Assembly: GCA_973895155.1 (NCBI GenBank) | Contig: OZ316892.1 | Coordinates: 7,919,251-7,983,250 of the forward strand | Direction: 5' to 3' | Length of the DNA: 64,000 bases | Source of the DNA: Marsupella aquatica | Taxonomy: Eukaryota > Plantae > Marchantiophyta | Shown: piece after piece, positions 28,501 to 40,000 of the stretch | Layout of the letters: each line of letters begins with the position of its first letter | Numbering within the stretch: the first letter of the stretch is position 1 | The notes under the pieces: model-generated | Told to the model about the DNA's origin: nothing | The model's database searches: none | What the model saw: only the letters and a program-made list of their open reading frames with translations | Made by a program: the position numbers and the translations under genes

Positions 28501-31500
28501 AGGTCAATGGTCAGAGTATCTTCGGGCCACCATTATTTAAGTGCGTTACTTGGAATGGTGGAGGTTGTATGGGTTCATGATCAACTGCGAGACCTGGCAA
28601 GAAAGCTTGCAAAGGGCTTTTGCATAGGTGAATATGGACGCCAGGCTGACGAATTGCTTGTGAAGCTACATTCAAATGAGGTATGTATTTCCGCAGAAAC
28701 TCAGATGGGTCTAATCCAAAACAATAAGCTTGGGTAGGATGTGTAAGTTTGCACTTCATATTTCCAAACATATTGACTTGGATGATGCACGTTAGAGCCT
28801 AGTATAGTAGCACTAGCCCAATACATGTGCGTTGCACAAGAGATATTGAGATGAAAAAAGATGTGAAGGTGAAAAAAAATTGTCAATGAGAGAAAAAGAT
28901 GTCAAGGTGAAAAAAAATGTTGATGTGACAAAAAGCTGTCAATAAGAGAAAAAGATTTCGAAGTGAAGAACAAATATTGGTATGAAAAAAGTTGTCGATG
29001 AGAGAAAAAGATGTTGAGGTGAGAAAAAGAAGTCAAAGTGAAAAAAAGATATTGAGAAGAGAAAAGATGACAAGGTGAGAAAACGATGCAAAGATGAGAA
29101 AAACATGTCAAGAATGGAAAAGATGTCGAGGGTGAGGGGAAAATGATATGGTGAGGTAAAGAACAAAAAAATGCTCATGCATTGCACAGAAGTTGTTAAG
29201 GTGAAGAAAAAATATTCAAAGTAAGAGAAAATGTCGAGGTGAGGCAAAGTTGTCAAGGAAACACAAAAGAATCCAGGGAAACTCTTTCCTTATGTGCGGC
29301 AAAAAAGTCGTAACATTAAAAATGTCATTGTTTGATGATGTTTGTTATTGTTGTCATTTTGGTCATTATTGTGAACATATAATTGTTGAGGATGATGAAG
29401 GTGAGGATATAGAGATGCAAGATGGATGACAATGGCCACTACATCATGGAGTAGTAACATGATCACCCAAAAAAATGATGCAAATTTTTATCAAAATTAT
29501 TAATATTTTAAATACAAGAAAATATACATAGTTATTAGCTACAAAATGGGAGGCAGGAAAGTACAAAATTATCGCACTTTATTCCCTTCTCTGATTTTCC
29601 ATACCTTTTTCATTTTCCTCTTCTTCAATGTTTGTTCCTTTTTTCCTTTATTTGGCCCCCCTTTTTTTCTTCCATGCAAATTTCTTGGTACCTTCTCCCT
29701 GATCTTTGGATAGTGTTTTATCTTTATGATAGTATAATATAATCATTGCACCCTTTTAGTCCCCTTGTTCTCACGTAGGCTATTGCAATGTCATTATGTG
29801 TATCTTGGTCACAAAATTAATAATCAAATGGTTACAAAAAATAACCCAAACGAGCTAATGGCTGTCATTCATTCCCACCCAAAATGCATTTTGTAATGGG
29901 ATGAAGGACTAAAATGAGCAGGATTCAATATTATAGATGTAGATGTTGGGTTCAAGTTGCCGCAAAGATAATTTCATGAAGAGCAGAATGGCGATTTTGG
30001 CTTGTACCATCTTTTAATGAGATCCGAAAGAAAACAGTGACATTTCGGGCAAAAGAGGGTGTCTCAAAGCTTCAAAATTACAGATGATGACATTATGCCG
30101 CAAAAGAATGGTTATAACTTTTTCACAAGGTTCTGGACAAGTTTAGTTTTTTTTTTTTCTTTCATTAGCCTTTAGAGTAACTGACGCAACTGGCATACAA
30201 CCAATCCTTATTGCACAAAGTTATGGACTATGAATTTTGTAGTCCATAACTTTGTGTGTCCGTAACCCCCGTAACTTTGTGTGTCCGTAACCTAGTTAAG
30301 ACGGTAATGGCATACAACCAATCCTTATGACAGAAAGTTAAGCACTATGAATTGTGTAGTATGTAACCTGTAAAATGGAGTTAAGGTCCATCAACCAATC
30401 CTTACGCCAGAAAGATATGGACTATGAATTTTGTAGTTTGTAACTTGTAAGTAGGAGTTAAGGTCCATCAACCAATCGTTATGGCAGAAAAATATGGACT
30501 ATGAATTTTGTAGTTTGTAACCTGTAACTACGAGTTAACTTCCATCAAATTCTCAGCATTGAGACTCCCTGGTACATCAAATTCTCAGCATTGAGACTCC
30601 CTAATAAAGACAGTAAGATGCAAGTAGTGCGGGCAGAACCCAACTTCCTCGACATCTACTGTAGGATTATTTCTTTCTAAGTTTACTTTTCTTGTGCTCT
30701 TTTGCTGTAGACTAAGCTGGGATTTGATCGTGAGCAGGTGAATGCAAATACGAGAATGCTGGAGCTTTGGCACCCGTCAACTCCAGTTCAATTGGACTCC
30801 CTTGCTCGGTTGGAGAACCTCAGATACCTGGATTTGGATCGGGTACAGTACGAAGGATCAAGTGAAAATTTTCCAAGAAATTTACTAAGAAAGCTCTCCA
30901 TGCTGAGGTGGTGGAGTAGTCCTGGGAACACTCTCTTGTTCCCTATCAATATCAACGACATGAATAATTTAACTTTTCTGCAAATCGGTTATTGGACTGT
31001 TAGCAAGGGATTCTCCAAAGCCTTGGGCAGACTCACCAACTTGCGCATGTTATATCTTTGGGAGTTACGAGGGTTCGACAGCCTGCCAGAGGATCTTGGC
31101 AAATTTTCCCAGTTGAAAGAGTTGCGTCTGAAGTCTCTCAATCTACTTAGACTTCCCGAATCGCTAGGCAATCTCTCGGCCCTGCAATACCTGCATTTAG
31201 AAGGCTTACATTGTTCGGAGTTACCCGAGTCGGTTGGGGATCTCTCCTCGCTGGTAGCGTTACACATTGAAAGGTGTGAAAAGCTTGCAAGTCTGCCCAC
31301 CTCTTTCGGGCGTGGCCTCAAGTCGCTGAAGTTTCTGCGCATCATCAATTGCCCTCTGCTCGAGTGCCTACCTGAGTCTTTCTGGCAGCTGCGGGAACTA
31401 CAAGATTTGAGAATTGAGGAATGTGACCAGCTGAGTGAGTTGGGGGATTCTTTGGGGAACTTGTCTGCACTCCAGTGTCTCGAACTGAGGAACCTAAATT

Positions 31501-32723
31501 TGGCAAAATTGCCCGAAAATCTCGGCTCCCTCACATGTCTCCAGAGTTTGACCATCAAGAGCTCTTCTTTGGAGCGTCTGCCTGATAGTCTTGGTGACCT
31601 CGTTCGGCTGAAGGATCTGGATCTGGTGATAAGCAGTGTGACGACTGTGCCCGAAAATCTCGGCTCTCTCGCATCTCTACAGACATTGACCATCGAGAGC
31701 GATTATTTGGAGAGGGTGCCTAATCGTCTCGGAGACCTTGTCCGGCTGAAGGATTTGCATCTTAAGATAAAGAGTGTGACGGCTCTGCCCGACAGTTTGG
31801 AGAACCTCTCCTCAGGGTTGGAAACGTTGAAAATCACAGCGAACAGCTTGGAGAGTTTACCAAACAATATTGGACAACTCTCTTCTCTGCGAACATTAGA
31901 ACTCATCGATTGCGACTGTCTGGAGAAGCTTCCTGAGAGTTTTGGGGACCTATTGTCATTGGAAAGATTGAGTATCACTTCCAGACGCCTGACGAGCCTC
32001 CCCGGGAGTATAGGACGGCTTCAATCGATGCGATTATTTACTCTTGATGCAGAAAGGGTGATGTCTTTACCGGAGAGCATCGGGCAATTGAAGTCATTGC
32101 AACAGTTTGAATTGTGCAGCTGTGAAAAACTAGAGCGACTGCCCGACGGTATGGACCATCTCCCGTTGTCCTCGCTTGCTCTAACGCTCACTGGTAGAGG
32201 GATTCGAGAGACAGAGAACTGGCTTTCTCAGGCCCCTTGTCGAAAAGGAGTTGCAGAGACCCTACCGAATGGTCTCGACAGCCTTTCAGCACTCGAAGAC
32301 CTAACACTAACGCATTTTAGTTTCAGGAAGTTGCCCGCAGAAATTGGAAAGCTTTCGTCTCTACGAAGTTTGAAAATTGAGCTTTGCTTGCAGTTAGACA
32401 GTCTTCCGGATAGCTTGGGATGCATATCCTCTCTACGAGAAATGGTGCTTGAGCGTTGCGAGCAGTTGCAAACTCTACCGGACAGCTTAGGAAGGCCCTT
32501 TTCGGGTCAAGTAGCTCTACCACACGAAGAAGGGAGGGATGAGAAACTTGTCGAAAAGCCGACCACCCAACCATTGGCTACCCCTCGCCTGCGCCTAGAC
32601 ATTTATAGTTGTACATACCTGGATGAGTCGCTGATGAGCAAATTGGGCTGGGTGAGGACAGTCGTAAAGAAGGGCTGGGGAAAGTGGTACCGACGAGAAG
32701 ACGCAATTTCAGAGGCTTTGTGA
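25510..32723 (+). CDS. TM / alpha-beta-hydrolase / NB-ARC / LRR immune receptor (HNL-type NLR), 1377 aa. Exons 25510-25770, 26033-26686, 26973-27140, 27616-28680, 30738-32723
   Basis: All GT-AG junctions join in frame. Hydrophobic helix LGFLVTLYLLAFLVSLYLLTFI; hydrolase DIVFFHG, IWPSTWL, VLVGHCFGG, FYYGTPHRGS, ADHVSITKP (SERAC1/PGAP1-like); NB-ARC P-loop GMGGIGKST, LIVADDVD, KIIVTSRD, CDGLPLTL, VHDQLRDLA; more than 20 LRRs of LPESLGNLSxLxxLxL type. Confidence 0.92.
28813..29943 (-). mobile_element. Non-autonomous Helitron inserted in intron 4 of the intact NLR
   Basis: Absent from the paralog, whose empty site reads gtatagtagca|tgttaggttcaag (about 42346-42369). The minus strand starts TC and ends CTAG, has a subterminal hairpin tgtgc-gtt-gcaca, and sits between A and T with no target-site duplication. 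The interior has gagaaaaagatgtc-type simple repeats. Confidence 0.88.
30188..30548. repeat. ~77-bp tandem array (4 units) with internal hairpin in NLR intron 4
   Basis: Unit: caaccaatccttatggcagaaa..tatggactatgaattttgtagt...taacctgtaa.taggagttaaggtccat. Paralogous array at 42593-42939. Confidence 0.88.
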
Positions 32724-33212
32724 ATTTTACATGACAATCCTCGAAATCCGTGATGCCAAGTATGGGAACTACAGTAGTCGCTTAACATCCACAACTGTTA
32801 CCTACTGGATCAGAAGGTTTGACCAAGTAACTCAGCTGGAGCCAAAATCCATAATTTTTACCAAGGAAAGATGCTATTTGAGTCCAAAACAATGTTTGTA
32901 AATAGTCTACCCTGATTCCCGTGGTCCATGCACATTTTTGTTCAAATGTTGTGGTCAATTCAAGCTTCTCTTTTCCAAAGTAAAAAATTTCGAATTGCAC
33001 GGAGCCGATCCATCATAATTATCCACCGTTCAATACATTAAAAAGAAAAGGGAAAAGAACAAGTGGGGCCATAAGGAGGTCCGAGGACGCCCCCCCCCCC
33101 TCCCCCTTGGGTACTCCCTTGTCCCTGGTGTCCCTCCTTTGCATCCGTCTTTCCCTTTGTTACAAGGGAAATACATCTTTCCCTTTGTTACAAGGAAAAT
33201 ACATCAAACAGC

Positions 33213-33606
33213 TAGCTTTTTACTAACCTATCCCCCAAACTGTCCGTTATTACTAATGTGTCCCCAAAATAAGATAATTATCAAGGTGTGCCCCATTTTG
33301 TATATGGGTTAGTATTAACTTGTGACCAGGTTCTCGTTGTCGTCGGCTACCCTTAACCTACCATGACCCCCTCTATTCCCCTTCCCTGTTGCAGGGCACA
33401 GTCGCAGGCCCTAATGAGGAATGGGGACCAAGGGGAGTGGCGGTGGGTTAAGGCTAGCCAATGATGTCTTGCCACATGGCAGTGGGAACCTGGTCTCAAG
33501 TTAATACTAACCAGTATAGAAAATAGGGGGCAGGTTGATAAATAATTTTGTTTGGGGCTACGTTACTAATATGGGGTATTTTTGGGGACAGGTTAGTAAC
33601 AAGCTG
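33213..33606. mobile_element. Fold-back MITE with long imperfect terminal inverted repeats (Mutator-type)
   Basis: Left arm agctttttactaacctatccccc...ggttagtattaacttgtgaccaggttc pairs with right arm gaacctggtctcaagttaatactaacc...ggggacaggttagtaacaagct over more than 100 bp. caaaca occurs on both flanks. Confidence 0.8.
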
Positions 33607-34932
33607 CAAACACTAAATCACCCCCACAAGTAAGCTGCCAATTTGTCCAAATACCCCAAAAGATTTTGAAATTACAAAACACACTCCTAATTCTCTGGAA
33701 TGAGAGTGTTCCTTTAACCAGCCCCCTCTAAATGGCCATTATATTGTCAAAGAAATTCATGTAGAAGACTTCCAATTGACAGAGGAAAGTCATCCTTCTA
33801 AAATATTTCAAATGGCTGCAGCTGGCTTGATTTAGAGTGAGAACAAATTAATTTAGACAAGTACCAATCAATTAGATCACCAGGTAGCCTTTTCTCTAAT
33901 GAGGCAATAGTTCAGGCCAACATATCCCTACAACAATGTCACCATTCCAACGATGTAACAATGTCTCAACAAAACTACAGTAAATATGTCCCTCCTGACA
34001 ACATCACACTCCGCCCCCTCTTTGTCATGTCCAAGAGGTGGAATATAAGGATGCTGCTACAAATTTGCCATTCCAGTTAAACTTAAGCCACTGCAGACAC
34101 GCTGAGATGAAGCCAAGCATACGCGCTACCTTGCATCCCTCCTTTCATCGAAATCAACCAAAGGATTGTTAAACTTTCAGGGTCTTTGTTGTTTTCTTAA
34201 GTAATTAAGGTGGATGTGACTAAGAATTATGAGCTGGTAAAAATGAAGACTCTACCAAAAGGCCCCGGACCATGGCTTTGTAGGATGGACCAGGACTGCT
34301 CCCCCCCCCATTGAGCTGACCCTTGGGCAGACCCTGGGCAGAAGTTCTTCAAAGACTAAAGCTCCAGATTCTAGGAAAGTGTATCAAACTAAGTCAAAAA
34401 TGGACTATACTTTGGAATGATGTTTGGGACACGTGAAGAAATATTATTTGTTTTTGTCAGACATATTTACACCATTGGGAGGCACATGAGACATAATACC
34501 CAAAGACCTCTAAAGCATGTGGAGGTCTTTTCTACTCTGCTCTCTTTGGAGGTCTTTGGGTCCCTACACCCTACCTTAGACAGTTTCCCCTCCAGAACTG
34601 CGTTGTATATTGTGGGAGTTTGGGTACAAAAAGCTGCTTGTTTAGGCTAGTTTTGGTTATTGCAAACCTTAAAGCTCCTCTAGCCATGACAAAGCCTAGA
34701 TCCACTGTCCAGGTTTCACTATGTTTTGGCTGAAATTGTGGAGGAAAGTCTCACACTAAAGGAGAAAGAATGTGAAAAAGGGACAAGTCTTGGACTTTTC
34801 CCCTTTTATATGGCCAATGGTGTTTTAAGGTTTTAAGTACATTTAGGTAAGTTTGATATCTCGTAGGGTAATGTTGTAATTTTCCATTGTTATAAGGCTA
34901 CTTCCATTCCTAAAAACGAAAGAAGAAAAAAC

Positions 34933-35066
34933 CCAGGGTGTATCCCCAGGGTGTGATAGTGGCTCCAGAAGCATGTTCAAGGGATGGTGATGACTTCAAT
35001 GTGGTCCCAGCGGACCATGTATCTATCACCAAGCCAAAGAGTAAAACAGAACAGGAGGTTCTATCC
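34933..35066 (+). pseudogene. Orphan fragment of NLR exon 3 (hydrolase C-terminal His motif)
   Basis: QGVIVAPEACSRDGDDFNVVPADHVSITKPKSKT, nearly identical to 26973-27100, then frameshifted and truncated. Confidence 0.88.
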
Positions 35067-36784
35067 CAAAGCCCTTCTGGAAATTTCAGCCCGACCTATT
35101 TGAATCCTAAGTACTTCAAAGGAGCCACCATGCTCAACTCACTCTGGATCTGTACCCAAATAAGAGTCAACAACTTCATGTGGGAAAATATGGGTTGTAC
35201 TTCATGTGGGAAAATATTGCCAACAACTAAATCGATACTAAAACTCTTTCAATGTTTCTCAAAAACATGTACCAAAACGTGCACCACTCAGAGTCTCCGA
35301 AACTCCCGCAAGATTATTAATCAGCTACAGTAATACCCGTAATGGAACGAATGCATGCTACACTTAGACGACTGATGCGAGGAACAATGACGCGAGCAAT
35401 GCAGCTGCCGCAAGGGAGGCTGATTATACGACGGTCATACTGGAAATCGTCGTCGAGGAGTTGAAGTGTAGCCCATTCAATGGATTGCATCTAACAGCAG
35501 AGCTGCTGTGGTGCGTCCTTTAGTTCAGCGAGTAACTCTGACCATAGATTTTTCGAGTAGTCATAATAGTCCCCTGCAAGTTCAGGAAGACAACCTTAGG
35601 CTGGACGGTATTAAAGACATCTCCACGAATTTTGAAATTCATTCTACTGTCGTGTAATGCTGCCGAGACTTCTCCGGCAAAATCGTCTAGGATTATTCTC
35701 GACATCGCATGCACGTCTTTGCTGCAAGCGCGAACGTACATGAGTGATATCGATAGATGCATCTCTGTGAATTTTGATGCTCGTATTCTAGTCTAGGGCT
35801 ATCTGAGGTGGGTGTACAGAGTATCTTGTTTCTGTCAAGTGCCCGATTACATTAATTTGCATGGTGCTGATCGACCATATCTCGCATTTGATTGTTTAAA
35901 TTTTTTTGTCTGGAACAGGAAACTCGCGAGAGCAATGGTACGTTGATTGATGGTTCAGCTACAGTATTTCTGAATATTTCAGACGGGGGTTCGGTTTGCA
36001 ACCGAGGTAACTCCGTAGCTTTGCAAGCGTGTTCACTCACAGGTTCCAAGTTCTGCAATCGTCAGAAGTCAGGCAACTTTAATCCTGACCATCAGAATTC
36101 AGGAAATCCACGCCTATGGATTGGAGTTGGTCCAGTCGGGGGTCCAGTCGGGGGTCCGGTACAGGACTGTGCTCTCTCGCATGTTGCCTGCAAGACTGCA
36201 ATGCGCGTCACACACGCTATGGTACCATTATTGATGGGACAAGAAGTCAATCGAATTGATCTGTCACATTGTGAGCTGTCACGGTGGAACGGATTATCGT
36301 ACATACACCGAAAGTAGCTTGTTGAACTAGAAACTGACCTATGTATACGCGCTGTACAAGTAATTGTGCGTCCGCAATTCTACGGGTATCAACAGAGTGG
36401 AGAAGCGCATTGACAGACCGTGAAACTCTTGACGAGACATTCCAGACAGGTGACAAGTCCTCTTTAGGTGATCCAAGAACTTGATTCTTCGAAGCTAAGA
36501 GTTCCCTTGGACTGATCGATGCTCGGATGGATCTACTCTAGATTTTGCAAAAAACGTTGCAGTTTGATACTGCTTTGGTTGGGGCAAGGGATTTCAACCA
36601 TTCGCACGACTGCGATCTCGTGTGATCCAAATATCTCTTGAATGAAGGTGATCCCAAATTCTCTAGCTCGAGGTACTTTCTTCATGATCAAAGAATAGAA
36701 GTCGTCGGCAACTAATCTGATCTTTCAACCCGTGATCTCAATGAAAATCTCTTTCCGACTGTGATTATTTTGGATTCAACCTGT

Positions 36785-37095
36785 TTGTGTGGGGCAGTTT
36801 CTGGCACAAGTTGAGCATGGTCTTGAGAGCCTAAGCAGTCGTTGCACACAACAACATTGATGCCGTGACTGTTTGTATCATGTTCTTTTCCTGTCGCAGA
36901 TCAATGAATCCTTGTTTGCGCTGAACGAACCGGAGCCACCAAGCACTCTCGAGTTGAAATTTTATTCTGTCATAGCTTTCATTCAAGTGCTTCGTTGGAT
37001 ATGCATTTCAGGACCTGGGAAGTCAGTCCTACCTGAAGCCGGCCCTTGCATTTGGCCTAGTACATGGCTGCGTGAAAGCGTTCAAACAGCAAAGC
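36785..37095 (+). pseudogene. Degraded fragment of NLR intron 1 and the start of exon 2
   Basis: gtcgcag|INESLFALNEPEPPSTLE...GPCIWPSTWLRES with frameshifts. The preceding intron sequence matches 39495-39612. Confidence 0.85.
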
Positions 37096-40000
37096 TTCAA
37101 TGGGTGAGTGGATGTTTAATGAAATGACCATGGAGTGGAATCATAGTGTCAATGAGCGGACCTGCATTGACAAGGAAGTCTTTAGCAGAAAGTTACGAAA
37201 GGTGAGGGGCAGCAGGTACTCGAGATTGAGTGAGTATTATAGATTGATGAGGGAGGATGGTTCAGGTTTCTATGTTCGTTATCTTTGAATTCGGCATGAA
37301 ATGAGTTGATTTTGTGACTTCTTTTGTATCCTTGGTATCATGCATCAGGTGAGACTTCCTGTTCTTCTATCCAAGTTTGACACGGTTCTTTGCTTGGTGC
37401 TAGCTCCTCTTTTGATCCGACCCGTATGTGCCATTTAGAGCGGTCAGCGCTGAGGGCAAACCACTACGAATCGAGTTTCAAATTTCAAGGACGTGGGGGA
37501 AACAGATCTTTGCTAACCCGTGAGTGCTCCTACTTGCAGAACAAAGCGCGGTGCATAGCTACTGCAGTGAAGTTGTGTGATCGAGCCCGTGATCGAGCCG
37601 CTATCACCACTCACTCCAGCCAAAGACGTAGATGCCCAGCCTCACTTTTAGAGTTCTATTTTGAATCACTCTATTTTGATGTCTTCCTCATATTTGGATA
37701 CGCGATATTTGGAGATTCAGTTGATTGTCGCGGACATGTTTGTATAGTGATGATAGAGCGATCTGCTGCTCTGACAAAGACAGCAAGAGCCTCTGAGGGG
37801 ACTTAATCCAGTACAAGGATCGATAGGTTTAGTGGGAATAATTTGATACAGCTAATGTGTCCGCAGTCTGCCAACTAGAGCTGAGAGACGGAGGGTCTGA
37901 CGAGGTTGAAGAGAGGGATCTGAAACCCTCAGCGTTCATTTGAAAGGTGGGCTTTGTTTGTTTGATTGATATATAGCTTTCGTACGTTTCTATTTCAAGG
38001 ATTAGGAGTACGTCACTGAAGCACTACTGAGTTTGCCGAAGACATCGTGTCGAAGAGGAGATCAGGCAAGCTCAACTATGTCATGCATGCCTCGAGCTGT
38101 TTCTGTTTCTGTTTCTGTAGTAGTAGTAAGACAAGCGACACGAATGTATTATGGAGAATGACGAGTGAATGATTGATTGAATGTTTCATGGAATGAACTT
38201 GAAGTCAAGTTATTACGTCAATAAACGGAGTTGGGACTGAAAAAACAGTCTTTAGCGGAAAGTTACAAAGGTGGACCGAGGGGCGGCTTGTACTCAAGAT
38301 TGAGTGAGTATTGTCGATTAATTAGCGAAGTTGGTTCATTTTTTAATGTTATATTTGAAAGCTGTGGAAGTGGCCTGAAATGAGTTGATTTTGTGACTTG
38401 TGTTGTATCCTTGGTACGACGGAAATTGGCGGGTGGACTGATTGACGGACTGAGGAGTCATGGTTTGGACACAAGAGAGTGGCAATGAAGAGAGAAAGCG
38501 AGAGAGGGAATGATTACATGAAATGTCTGACTTTCGGTGGTGTCCGAGGGACAAATTGAGCCATGCTTTCTTGACCCATTTGTACAACTAAAGCTCATTT
38601 TAAAGGTTTATCTAACCAATTTTAGTGTTACATTCTTGTTCTGCTACAAAAGAAGGTTAAAGGCAGAGGAGCGAGAAGAGGTTATTGAGTATCGACATAT
38701 GCAGAGAAGTTATGGCCGCCGTCGGGTTTGGCGTGGCAGTGCATAGATCCGCACCCTCCTATTTAGCGACCCATGGAACTAAATAGGTACTAACTATAGA
38801 GCGACATAGCCAACCAACAGAGCAAGAGAGACGGAAATTCAAGCAGAACTAAAACTAAATTGCAAGGAGGCAATGAAAAAAATTCTCCCGCAGTCTTTTA
38901 TATTCCTGTATTATAGGACAGGAAGTGACTAGTGTCTCCAAGTCATGACGTCGTGGGCAATCCCGAGGACCGGGTACTTGTGTCTCAACGTCCATGATTT
39001 GTGTACTTAATCGCTGACCGCATGGCCATCTTGCGTTCCAGATTCTAGGGGACTGGCTTTCGAAGCCGTGTTTGCAAGGATTCCTCGTCCTCTGGCAATG
39101 GGTCTTCTTGATTGGGGTGCGATCATGTCGGCAACATCTGCGATTCTGGCCATCGAAGGGAAAGAAGATACCCTATTAACCGCGCACTTTAGCTTTCTGG
39201 TCACTCTGTACTTGTTGGCGTTTCTGGTCTCGTTATACTTCTTGACCTTCCTTCTAAATTTACTTCGCACAACTTTTGGCTGGTCCGCAAGTTGGGGCTT
39301 CTCTTCCAATTCACGCAAGGCTTCTGGATCTCGGAGAAGTGCCATAAAGGTTCGCGAGGTAATTGATTGGAGCTGGTCTTGGCCTCTCTCTGAAGTTTCC
39401 GTTCTTTCTGTTTAGCTCCGGCGACCTGAATTTTCATTGTGAGCAAGGGTTTCTGAATTGCTTTTACAATCTGTCAGTACTTGTATTCAAGCTGTTTGTG
39501 TGGGGCAGTTTCTGGCACAAGTCGAGCAGGACCTTGAAAGCCTAAAAAGTCGTTGCACACAACAAACATTGATGCCTTGACTGATTGTGATCATGTTCTG
39601 TTTCTATCGCAGATCAATGACTCCTTGTTTGTGTTGAACGAGCCGGAGTCACCAATCACTCCCGAGATCGATATTGTATTCTTTCATGGCTTTCAGTCTG
39701 GTGATTCATTTGATACGCGTTTGCGGACCTGGGAAATCCTACTTGATGACGGCCCTTGCATATGGCCTAGTACATGGCTGCTTGAAAGCTTTCCAAAAGC
39801 TCGAGTGTTATACGTGTCTTACGATGCTGTCCTTCGAAACAGTTCCCAAGGAGGCTCCGACCTTTACATTATTGCAGAAAGTCTGGCATCAGATTTCTTG
39901 CAAGCTGGCATTGGTCAAACTCCCAACTGCCCTGTGGTTTTGGTCGGTCACTGCTTTGGTGGCCTTGTGTTAAAGCAACTCTGCTTGGACATAAATAAAA

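Noticed and set aside
30989-31693. 234-aa minus-strand ORF (and 195-aa ORF at 43772-44359)
   Set aside because: Antisense shadows of the repetitive LRR exon; Arg/Ser-rich with no independent coding signal.
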